From positions 169,151 through 233,150 of the forward strand of contig DF237026.1 of NCBI GenBank assembly GCA_000708835.1: a stretch of 64,000 bases of DNA, in the 5' to 3' direction. Of the stretch, positions 24,113 to 35,800 are shown in pieces. Below the pieces are notes generated by a model, which was not told the DNA's origin, did not search any database, and saw only the letters and a list, made by a program, of their open reading frames with translations. Made by a program: the position numbers and the translations under genes. How positions within the stretch are numbered: position 1 is the stretch's first letter; each line of letters starts with the position of its first letter. The DNA comes from Klebsormidium nitens. Lineage: Eukaryota; Plantae; Klebsormidiophyceae.

Positions 24113-24904
24113 ATGACAGTGCAATCGGACCCTTGAAACGAGCTTCGACGAATACACATCAATTTGGATGCGCCCGTCATCTGCGGCGTGCCCACTACTA
24201 TTAGCCTCTTCAAATTTCGATACAGTAGTGGTGAAAGTCGTGACTGATCATGAATCGATATCACACTTACAAATTCCGTGTATCGTGAGGGGCTTGTCTT
24301 CAAAGATTGAGAAGCCCCGGGCATCAAAACCAAAAGTCCTAACCCAAAAGCTTACGCGCTCAGCACCCGCACCCTTCCTAACCACCAAACTAACCCCTGA
24401 TCTGGTTCCCCAGGTCCTTACCTTCAAACAATCCCCCCTGAAAACAATCGAGAGTTACCGGAGTCGTAGTTTCCGAAATTATGGACTCGCTTAATATTAA
24501 TTACCGGCACCCCAACCGTACGGCACTGACTCATCGAGCTCCTAGTATTAATTATCCATATCCCGGGTTGGGCGACGGTGTCGTTCGTTATTTCCCGGTC
24601 GGTGTCACTCGTACTCACAGGCAAAAGTGGCAGGGATTGGGATTCTGGATGCCTCGGTACTAGTACTACAACTGAGCCACGGCGGATACAGAAGCGGTGT
24701 ATTAAAATTGGTACCCAGTAAATGTAGGACCGTACATATTGTACGGAACGAGATTTGCAATCTGTGATCCTTGACGTCAATCTGTGAGCCTTGACGTCAA
24801 GACTCGAGCTCGACTCAACTTCAAGAGACAAGAGTCTTGGCGCAGTCGTGAAGATGTAGGTACCGTAATACTGCAGGTACCTACTAGGTGATACCTACGA
24901 GGTA

Positions 24905-25005
24905 GCCTCCTCGGGCTAGCTCAGTTGGTTGAGCGTCGTGCTTAACCTAGCACACTAAAAGGGGTTGGACCGAAAGGTCGTGTGTTCGATTCTCGAACCC
25001 GGCCA
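24905..25005 (+). pseudogene. Degenerate tRNA head (Ile/Lys-like) of the SINE; not a functional tRNA
   Basis: The D arm GCTC-AGTTGGTT-GAGC is intact. The T stem (GTGTG/CTCGA) and acceptor stem mispair, and there is a ~22-nt insert at the anticodon loop. Confidence 0.65.
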
Positions 25006-25104
25006 TCCGCTGCGGAAGGGGCGAGGATTCCCCTTTCGTTTGTCGGTGTGCTAGTCCCGGTGCTGCAGCTGATCAGCCCGGTGTGCCAGACTGTTCATAC
25101 TTTT
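24905..25104 (+). mobile_element. tRNA-derived SINE-like retroposon, 200 bp, with 20-bp target-site duplication
   Basis: Exact direct repeat TAGGTGATACCTACGAGGTA at 24885-24904 and 25105-25124. Between them lie a tRNA-like head with A box (TAGCTCAGTTGG) and B box (GTTCGATTC), a ~95-nt unrelated tail and a terminal T-run. Confidence 0.8.
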
Positions 25105-25690
25105 TAGGTGATACCTACGAGGTACCTATCATCAGAATTCATCTGAGGCTGTCACTAGCGTCACGGTTATACGGAAGGTACAGATCATGGCATCATGCAA
25201 ACGTCACATTGGCCCATCCTGTCCGCTCACTCTTACTTTTGAGGTAGGTACGTACGCGCTTGTACGCAGTCTACCGTGACAGTACGTATCGAACTAGTGA
25301 GAATAAAATCAAATATCAGTGCAGCGTACGGCCTAGTAATACGGAAAATCTACCACTACCGTATAAGTAACTCCCGACGAGACGGCACCACATGGCACCC
25401 GCTAGCGATCTTTGTGGTCCGTGAATGTCGGATCTGGGAGTGGTCAAACAGGTATCTGCTAGGAACATATCTCTCTTGCTGTGCACAGTGCCGTTTCTCT
25501 TGCTGTCTGCCGAAACCCATCACTAGAGGCAAAGTTTCCACTTCCTGGTGTTCTTTATATTCCGTGCCTTCCTTTCAGAAAGTGGAAGCATTTGTACCCA
25601 CCTCTCTTCCAGAAAAAACCGTTCACTTGCCTCCTTCACGGAAAGAGAAAAAAACACTTTCGCGCAGGAGGTTTTTCGACACAGGCAACA

Positions 25691-28100
25691 ATGGGTCGCT
25701 CCCCGTCCCCTGCTCTCCTGTTGGTCGTAGTGCTAGCGGTGCTGACGTCACTGTCGGCGTCGTCAGCGCGGAAGCAGCCTTTGGCCAACACTGACGTCAG
25801 CCAGCAGGGGAGCTCCGAGGGCGATGCCACGCCATACAACCCGTGCGGCCACTTCGATTCCAACGACCCGAACGATGCGGGCAACGCACACCAGCCGTGC
25901 TACGGACCCGACGGGGAAGTCTGGTACTGCTGGTAAGGGCTTGTGGGCAGACCTCATTATAGGCTTCTTCACTGATTTTGTTGAAATTTGCGTGAGCATC
26001 TGTGGTATTCGGGGCCTGGAATTGGCGGTACCTGATATCAGGAACAAGCAGAGACACTGGCACAGAGTCTTGTGAACATGTTGTGATGCAGGGTTTGCGG
26101 AATCAAGTTACGAGTCGTGGTAAAACAAAGATGTGCTTGAGTGAGCTTTGTCAAACCCCCTCTTTTTTAGCCTTCCCAAACTCTTTGCCACCTTGACTCT
26201 ATAAGGAATATGGTCTGACCCAAGGTTAGGAAACATGGTAATGACAGGGTGTGCTTAAGCGCACTTTGGTCTACCCCCTCTGTTTTACCCAGCACAAACC
26301 CTCGCCTCATAACTTGAGAAAGAGAGTCTGCCCAAGCGTAACGCTGTGTCTCTGTTGACATCGTGATGTTAGCAGCATCAGTGCTGGCTCTTATGTCAAA
26401 TCGTTCAGGCATGACCGTAACTTTGACCAACTGGAAGTTGAGGCTCTAGAGATCTTGGGTTGTAATGCAGTGCACCTATGCTTGCCATCTCTTTCATTTT
26501 TCCTCCATAAAGTCTGGCGCACTGAAGTCTGATATAGACTCTGCTTCAGAGGTCCGACGCTCATTTACGTTTTGAAACTTAGGGAGCCTTGCGATCGGCC
26601 AAGATCTGGAAGGAGTTGGGTCCTAATGCACGGACATTCAAACTGCCGCCACAGACAGAAGTGCGTAAATGAAAAATTCAGAAACGCCTTCAGATCTGCG
26701 AGTTTTGACGAGCCCGCACCATTTTTAAAAGCCTTTCCTGCGCATACGTACTGTTTTCAAAGACGCTGCCTCGTCAAATTCAGGTGGTGGGAAAATCGGT
26801 TTGGGTAAACCGCTCTTCTGCAACCTTGTTCTCCAAGCCGGCCACTTTGAGATCCAACACTTTTCAGCCTGCTGACGTGGCTCTGTTTCTGTGCAGCCTT
26901 TCCGGGAGCTCCATGTGCTCCTGCCCGACTGTGGTGATCGACGCTCCCAAGGATTATGGCTGCTACAACTACGTAAGTGCCAACTGTAGTTTTCGCTTTT
27001 GCGTTCCCCTTCTACGAAGTCATTGCTTTAACGCAGCTGAGACTCGTCTTCTTCTCATGCTCCGGGTCAATGTCAAATGTTCGCAGCATGGCAGCTGGCC
27101 TTTGTGCCTAGGGCGGATTGGGAGTCTTTCGAACACGAGTTGGGTTCTATTGGGGTTTAGAAGCTAGGTCTGAGGGTGGGTTGAGTAAAATCTGTGCCCC
27201 TAGCTGGACAGTGAAGACAGTGTGGGGGTCAAGCGGGCTTCGTCGGCTACATCAAGTTTACAGGGAGGTTTACTACTTTGAACCATGCTTAAGTTAGAAA
27301 GTTGTAGACCAGCTTCAAATGGTATTCGTCTGGTACTTTTAAGGGCACTGAAGCAAAACTCCACCATGTTGCTTAACTGCAGAACCTCGCCACGAAGTGG
27401 GGGTTACTTTCTACTCGCTGACGGATAATTCAGCCGGCTTCGCTTTGGTGACTTCTTCATGCAGCGTACATTGCACATGAGGAAGATATCCGGATTGTCC
27501 AAGCTTAGTTTCTGGTCGGCCCTTCTGCCAAGAGAACGTGGTCGATGTCTGGTTCGATGCCCTTTTAACGGTTAACCGTGTTTCAACTGCGAAAATTTAC
27601 GTTGCTCAAAGGAAGGTTTGGCTGCTAACCAGGTTCAATAACCAAACCTCTGTCTGGTATGTTGACCATTGACCGCGTTACAGCCATGTTTAAAACCTGG
27701 TTACTGCCTGAGTCTGATCATTGGACAGGTAAACAAGCTTCGAACCAGCCCGTTAAACCGACTGTTGTTGACCGCCGAAAATTCCATTTGGCAGGTCGCC
27801 GACAACACTCTCAACGCCAACACGGGCGCCGAGTGCGGCTACTTCTTCCCCGAGACCACCGCGCACGCCGGCCGGATCCTCGCGACAAACGAGACCTGCA
27901 ACGTCTGCCCCCCCGAAGACTTAGCGGGCTTCAAACTGGGCCCCACCTCCCCGTTGCTGCAGCCAAACTTCATCCTGCGCTGCTACTACGATGCCCTCCC
28001 GTACGTCTGCGAGTATTTATTTACCACCGGGGAGTTGACACTGGACCAGAACGACAATGTTTGCCCGGGGGGCGCAGCACGCGGGCCGTGCCCTAGCTAA
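25691..28100 (+). CDS. Small secreted cysteine-rich protein (3 exons, 207 aa, 14 Cys)
   Basis: Exons 25691-25932, 26897-26972 and 27795-28100 join in frame with gtaagg and gtaagt donors. The hydrophobic signal-peptide-like N-terminus is MGRSPSPALLLVVVLAVLTSLSASSA. The C-terminal module is CPPEDLAGFKLG...RCYY...CEYLFTTGELTLDQNDNVCP. Confidence 0.8.
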
Positions 28101-29829
28101 CGACATTCCGGGCACTCCCTCTCCGACCACCTCCGCCCCGATTGTCGGCCCGCTCCGGTAATTAAGGAACGCAGGGGATGACCGCACCCACCCAAGCCGG
28201 GTTAGGCACGGGTTAGATGCCCTTCTGGTTGAGTGCTGGTTATAGATTTTGTTTAGGCGCGACATCCTCCAGTGAAAGCGAAACCTCGCATCTCCCTTGG
28301 TGAGTGCGCCTAATGGGTCAGTTGCGGTAACTAGAGTTGGTTAAAGGCCGGTGTAGGCAATCCCAGGATTCGCCCGAAGCTGGGCCGGGCAGAAATGAAG
28401 CTAACCGGCGCTTGAGCAACGCTTTACCCTGGGAACTGGCCACTTCGTCGATCGATCTGCTGGTCGGATGGAGACTAATAAATTGAGCCCGAGAAACTGC
28501 AGTAGAACAGCGCAGTTGCTTGACCTGAGGTTGAGTGTAGTGATTTTGTAGGGTTGTGTTTTGCGGGATCTTAGGGTTGAAGCTTTTAGATTGCAAGTCG
28601 TGAGAAACCTCCGACTTGGCTAAACTCATGTTAGGCACGCCAACGCCGCGCGCATGTCTAGCGTAGATAAATCAACTAGAATCCGGCGCCCCAGTCAATT
28701 GCTTTTTCTTTCACGTATCTAGATAAGCCTGCTGATGTCCTCCAGCTCTAGTGTCTTTTCTCCTTCCCTGCGCAAAGTATGCGAGAGCGTTCAGCGGCGG
28801 AAGGTTAATCCTGTGATGTCACCAAGAGAATGTGGTCTCGAAACAGCCTGCGGTGCTAGCTTGCAATCAGTACGTGAATGTCCGACTCATGATCCTTTGT
28901 CTCTCCGCACACATGCATGATGGTACCGTCAAGCTAGCTTGCGATGTACTTTGAATGTCATCGTGACCCACTAGTACGGCCTTATCTATTCATGTTTAGT
29001 CTGTGAAGTAAATGCAGTTATGAATGATTCTTAGTTGGAGGTCCCCAATTTTCGGTTGACTTTAGTTTTCGTGATTGTTGCTTGTGCACCGCGCTTCCCC
29101 TTAAGCTAATCTGCTAAGGAAAAGAAATCCAACGAGAGCTGCACTGCAACTAATAATCGTGACATGGATTTGTCCACCCTCGAAGACCGTCACGATGCGA
29201 GCTTCGGGCCGCGATGGATGTGTTGAACGGTTGGAAGATGGTAATGGCAGGATCGAGCCCGCAGCCGAAAGTGGAAGGAACACGAGCAGCTCGGAGAACA
29301 TCATACTAACGTTGCATAACATGACCTTGGAATATTTGTACTGCCTGATGAGTTCCCGGTCATTTCATGCTCAATTATGTGGTTAAGTCTGCATAGTCTG
29401 GTCTGTCTTCCGAAGTCCTTAGCTATTAAACAATCCGCTGCACTGAGTCTGCCTGTATCTCTTACGTTAATTCGGGCACCAAATACAACCGTCTTTTCCT
29501 TTCCGCTTTTGCAGCTCACAGAATGAATTGTTGCGGTCACACGATTTGATCAATCCAAGCTTCCTATCCCTCCGTTCGACAAAGTCACCGACCTCCTGTT
29601 TAGGACTCTGATTAAGTTGCAAATTCGCCGCCTTGCACGCCGCATTGACCCTAAACTTGTTTCAGTTTAGCCGTTCAAATTCTCGCGAAGTGATTGCTTC
29701 TGCTTCATGTAACGGCGTCACGTTCCGCTCTTGTATCTTATTCTCCGGCTCTGTCACCAGCTTTCAGTTTGAAAGACGCTGCAGGCTGCCGACGAGTACG
29801 ATTAGAAGACGCTGAACGCTGCCGACAGG

Positions 29830-32800
29830 CTATCTTCCGATCTTCGCATTTGACGTGGGGAATCTGGAAACGGATCCGTTCCGACTGGACCCACTAGCAG
29901 GCATGGAATCCTCCGGCTGCTCACCCTCAAACCTAACCCTATTCACGTAACCTTCCGGTTGCAGTGCTAGTCCGTGTAAACCCTCACTAAACCCTGGAGC
30001 GTCCAGCTCCGCGGCCGCCCTCGCGCTCAAGGGGTCGCCGTTTTGCTGCAGCTGCGTCGGGTCGTCTCCGTTACCATACTCCGTCATACCGTTACCATAC
30101 TTTCCGAGCCCCGGCCACTGACTGGGCGGCACGCTTCCCCGCACTTTCTCGCCGCTCTCGTTGGCCAACCGGGCACTCGATCTGGGCGCCGCTCCCGCAT
30201 CTGCGCTCTTTTCTACTGTCCCCGGTAGCCGCTCCCGAGCGACGTCAGCGGGATCCCCCTTCTGGCGCTCCGTTTTCTCAGGGGGGTCGGGCAACTCTCG
30301 CCCGATCTTCGATACCCGCCCTCGGGTGAGATAGCGCTGCAGAAAGCTGGGCAGCCGCGATTTGGTGACTTCTAACCGGTCCGCAATGGTGGGCGCCTCT
30401 GCGGTGCGCACAAACGCCGCCGTTCGCTGCGCGAGGTGGTAGCGCGGGTTCGCGGTGCGCTGGTAGCTGCGCAGGCCGGACACGCACTCGTCCTTAAGGG
30501 CTGCACACAAAAAACGCGCGGTAAGTTAAGGGTGCGCAGTCCTGACGATCAGAAACCGCGCGGTGCGCTGGTAGCTGCGCAGGCCGGACACGCACTCGTC
30601 CTTGAGAGCTGCACCAGGAAACCGCGCGGTGAGTTATGGTCGCGCAATATTGACGAGATGGGAAAGGGGAAGAGCTAGAACAGAAAGTGCGCGGTGCGCT
30701 GGTAGCTGCGCAGGCCGGACACGCACTCGTCCTTGAGCGCTGCACGAAAAAGCGCGCGAAGTTAGATGTGGTCGCGCAATTATTAGAAGATGGATCGCAA
30801 AGGTGGGGATTTAGAGACCGCGCGGCGCGGGGGTAGTGCGCAGGCCGGAGACGCACTCGTCCTTGAGCGCTGCACCAGAGAAGCGCGCGGTGAGTCACAG
30901 TCGCGCACTTTTGACGAAATGAATCGCAAAGGCAGGAGATCAGGGACCGCGCGGTACGGACACGCACTCGTCCTTGAGCGCTGCACCAAGAAACCGCGCG
31001 GAACGATCCGACTGCGCAGAATCAGAAAGTAAGAGGAGACAGTTCGCAATGACAAACAATGAAGCGCTGCGAGAAATGTCTGTGCACGTTTCTAAGGGGA
31101 TGGATGGCAGGACAAGTGATCAGAGTCCGCGCGGTGACTTTAGGCTGCGCAGCTCTTGCGAGATGGATCAAAATCCAGGGGACCGGGAGAGACGGTTGCG
31201 TTCACTACGTAGAGGTTTTGGAGTGAGAGTGGTGGTGCAGTGGGGTGCCGAATGCCGCGTGGCCTCGGCTCTTGGGTGCGCGCCGCAGGAAACGTGTGAC
31301 AACACCGCGCAACGGCCGGCACCTTCTTCGCCAGATGGCGTGACAGAGAATCGCTCACTCAGTCAAAGTGCTTCTCTGTATGAAAATGTTGTCGGGGGAC
31401 CTCACCTTGCCGCAACGTGACGGCCAGGTTCTCGTCCCGCACCTGGTTGGACCGCCAGAAGAGCGCCGCGAGCGCGCGCGCGCCGTTGTAAAACGGGCGC
31501 GCCAGAAGATATATGGTCAGCAGCAGAAACAGCGCGAGCGCGGGCGCGGCGTTGGCCTTGGTGATGCGGTCCGTCCAGTTGAGCTGCCGCGTAGGCTGGG
31601 GGATGCGGCCGCCAAGCGCGTCTGGGGGAAAGGGTTTGGGGGTTTAGGCGGGGGGAGCGGGGAGTTGTTCTCCCCAGAGGTGCGGTTGGTACGTAGAACC
31701 GGGCGCACGGCATCGACCTCAAGAAACGTCTGATAAGCTAAGACGAATGGGTTACTTTGGGTTTGAGGAGGGTAGGAGAGTGTGAAGCAGGCTCCTTTTA
31801 AGTTAAGATTTTTTATGTTGACAGGAGCTTCTCATCATCTTAGCTGAATCTTATATTTGCGTGTTTCGAACGTATGGGCTCTTGGAGCACTTCTGCGGCC
31901 CTTGGCCGCAAGCCGAAAAGAGGGCCGAGCGTTTACAGCAATGCACTCCAGGGCCGTGATTCGAAAGCCGGTCCCCGGCGCAAAGGGGCCTCGGGGCACA
32001 GTTTTCTCTGCAAATCTTTGATTTTCGCCGTCTTTCGGCGAGTATCTTTTTGGTGGGGAATTGGGGCCGGCAGAACAAAGAAGAGAAAGTACTGAGAAAA
32101 TAGGGATCAAAGTTTACAGCTCGACGGAAGGAAGCAGACAGATTGAAGAAGGACGTGGGAAGCCAATTAAGCCTCCATTTGCGGTTTGACGACGAGCACG
32201 AAAAGTAAATCCTGAAACCCATGAACCCCTCACCTTGCGCCTCCCCAAAGGTATTGGACGGCAGCCCGCCGTACATCCAGACCGCGACGGCGCAGTGGAT
32301 CCACGCCGCCCAGGGGAGCGTGGCCAGGAATGCATTCGTCATGGTGTCGTCATACTGCGCGGGAGTGCGCGACAGGCGGAGGACTGCGCGGGCGGCCGAG
32401 CAACCGGAGTCAAAAACAGTGTCCTTCTCTGGAATAGTAAGCCTAAGTAATGGTAACGAAGCTAACACTAGACACGAAAATCCAAATGATCACCCGCTCC
32501 GCACTCGTACCCACCCTAATCCCCACACCAACACTACCCGTCCATGTTACTATAATTTGAGCTTACTATACCTATTTTGGAGAACGACAGAAACAGCGGC
32601 TGACGAGAAAATGGGACCGTGTAGCGTTCCAACATTCTGGAAGTGACGAGGGTAAGAAGTTGATGCGCAAAATAAGCCGCGCCCTGGGTCGGTCGAAAAT
32701 CAGGCCACCAATTTCGGACAGCGGTAAAGAGACCCGTGCTTTTAAGTGCATAACGACGAAGTGTCTGATGATCAATGAAGTATTGCTTACACAGGACAAA

Positions 32801-35800
32801 AATGCTACTCGCATTGAGGACTCGCTATAGATGGCGGCGTTTGAGGCATCAACTGCTTAATTTTCTGGCAGATCCGGTTGGCGTGCTATTGATCGTCAGC
32901 AGCGGGAGCATTCAAAAGAGCCTAGTAACTTATCAAACGCTGAACAGATTCCTCCCTCCAATCACCCGGGCGGTGAGACTGACGTTGTGAGCGAGCGCTT
33001 ACGTGTGATCTTGTCGACCCAATAAATGATGTGAATTGCTGCCGTGAGAATGAGGTGCTGCAGAAGAGAAGCATCGTTTGTTGTCATCACGATTTGCGCC
33101 TGTTCAAGGTTTCTCAGGGGACTCGGATTGCGGCAAAAATTGAAGCGAGTGAGAGATCCTGAAATCAGCCGCGGGGAAACGCTGTAGCAGCGTCTTTGGT
33201 GATCAGCATCCTTTGGTGCTTTCATTCGCCTCTTTAACTGTCACGGAAGCTGTCTTTCAGCACCTCCAAAGCAGGGTATCTTATAGGATCTTCACACAAA
33301 CAAAAGCCCAAAAACCGAGTGCCGCGATTCTCTGACTCGGAACCGATTATGGCTTCACAAAACTATTGACTTATCCGACTGAGAACGGTAACCCAAAAAG
33401 ATACCTGCTCCGCATCCATGCCCACCGTAACCACCAACCTAACCCTACCCGTCCCAGTGCGGTTAGATTCTCATAATTTCGGCTCAATGTTATCTTTCTT
33501 GAGCTCGGCACTCACCAGAATGGGGATGCCCGCGCTGAAGACCATGGCAACGAATATAAGCGTCAGCAGCTGGCCGTACCGGTCGGCTAGGGTGAACTCA
33601 AGGCCCTCCATCAACTTGTTCAGGTCGCTGTAAACGTAAGGAAAGGGTCAAGTTTTGCAAACAATTTCAACATCCTATTCCTTTTCCTTCTTATTTCTCT
33701 GTCTTTCCGAACACTGGTCGGCCAGGATGAACTCGAGGCCATCCATCAGCTTGTTCAGGTCGCTGCAAAGGCACGAAAAGGGTCAATAGTTTTCAAGAAT
33801 CTCAGGATTTTGGTTCTTTTTGCTTCTTATATCTTTCCTATTCTGACTCCTGGTCGGCCAGGGTTAAACTGAGGCCCTCCATCAGCGTGTTCAGGTCGCT
33901 GCAAAGGTATTAGAAAAGGGGTCAAGTTTTGCAAACAATTTCCAACTTTTATTCTGCTTCCTAATTTCTTGCTTTCTCCGAATTCTGGTCGGCCGGGGTA
34001 AACCCGAGGCCCTTCATCAGCTTGTTCAGGTCGCTGCAGAAGTCAGAAAAGGGCAGGTTCTCAAGTCTTTCATCTCGCTGCATCTTGCCACTCCGGTTTT
34101 CCATTCTTTATCGTCTGGCCCCTCCACTCTTCCCCTCCCGTCGACTTTCTTTCTTTTCGGAAGCACCTACACTGGATCATTCCGGTCGGTCTGCGAGCTG
34201 AATGACGGCGACTCTGCCATAGTGAAGAATTCGCTTCGCTTCTGTAAAGCTTAACGCATTTGTTTCTGACAACCGTAGTGTAAGCTCGCCCCCCATGGGT
34301 GCACAAAATACCACATCGTTTCATGATCCTTAGATCCTTGAGATGATATACGTTTTCCCAACCATTTCAGTAGTGTCCCGCTATCCAATTGAATCAGCCC
34401 CGTCACCTTTCACATCAACGAGCGCACTCTCGACTTCGCATGAGCTGGCCGTTCGCCCACAGCCGCTTCGCCACGCCCAAGAGCCGCGTGCAATGCTTCG
34501 TTGATCCTTGAAAGAACTCCAATCCATCACAACTTTACCAGAGAAGACCTCAGTTCAAACGGAAAAACAATGATTCTTTTCTCCCTCAACTAACTTATCT
34601 ACTCAAGGATGCATTCCCACCTTTTGATGAGCTGGCTCTTCGCCAACAGCCGCCGCTTGCCGTAAGTCCAAGCCGCCCAGCGGCTCGTGGATGCTCGACA
34701 GATACTCGATCGACCAAATCATTCTCGGACACTAAAACCAATTGAAAGCAGAACTACTGTTTCAACAACCAAGTCATACACTTAAGAGCGCGTTGGAACT
34801 TGAGAGCGCATTCTCACCTTTGGATGAGCTGGCTTTTTGCCCACAACCGCCGCTTCCCGCACGCCCACGCCACGCCCAGCGCTTCGCGGATGCTTGAGGA
34901 ACATTCTAAGAGACATGAAGTCCATTAAAAAGTAAGGGAAAAAAGGAACAACTTGTACATCCGAGCGCATTCGCCCACGCCACGCCTAGCGCCTCGTTAA
35001 CCCTTGAAAAACGTAAAACTCTGTTCAAATGCGATAAACAATATCCCTTTCCTTCCTAATCAATCTCGAGTGCGCATTCTCACCTTTGGATGAGCTGGCT
35101 TTTCGCCCAAAGCCATCTCTTCCCCCACGCCCACGCGACGCCGAGCGCCTCGTTGATGAACGGCACCACGATCTGGACGGTCAACGTAATCACTAGCGTG
35201 CTGCCGACGGCACTATACCACGCGGTGTCGAAATCTTCGTAAAGCCCGTTGAAGAACCAGTTGGTGACCTTGCCGCGGCTCAAGCCCGCGATGTGCGCGT
35301 AGACGAGCGTTCCGATGACCGCGCAGTTGAGGAGCTGCGTGATGAACAGCTTCTCGGCAGTGGCCGCCTCCTGGTAAGACGGCTTTTCTTTTTCATTCAA
35401 GAAATGAATTTTCTTGACGACTTCAATCGAATGTGCATATGTTGTGTTTATCTCGGCATGTGAAATCGAACCTGATTGATGGCTTCATTCAAGTTGCGGA
35501 TGAAGAGCTTCTCGGCGATGACCCCCTTCTGGGAAAGAGCGTCCTTCAATCTCTATTGTGTTGCTCCCATGCGATGTCTCCAATGTGTACAACACTCAAA
35601 CATCTGATAGGTTGGTGGCTTGTATCAGTTCGAGGCAGGAAGAACACATTCTAAATTGCGAGCCGAGAGTAGAGAGTGACGCCGCTCCACCCAGCAACCA
35701 GGCTTACCATCGACTTCAGCAGATTGTAAAAACACATCGCTACTATATGCCTGCGCCGTCAGCAGATGTTCTCGCTCAAATGACACCTACGGCATGACTC

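Noticed and set aside
24768-24801. Two TTGACGTCAA palindromes as an as-1/bZIP element
   Set aside because: The 20-bp spacing differs from as-1, and a simple local duplication explains it.
24905-25005. Functional tRNA gene
   Set aside because: The T stem and acceptor stem mispair, and it is embedded in a TSD-flanked element.
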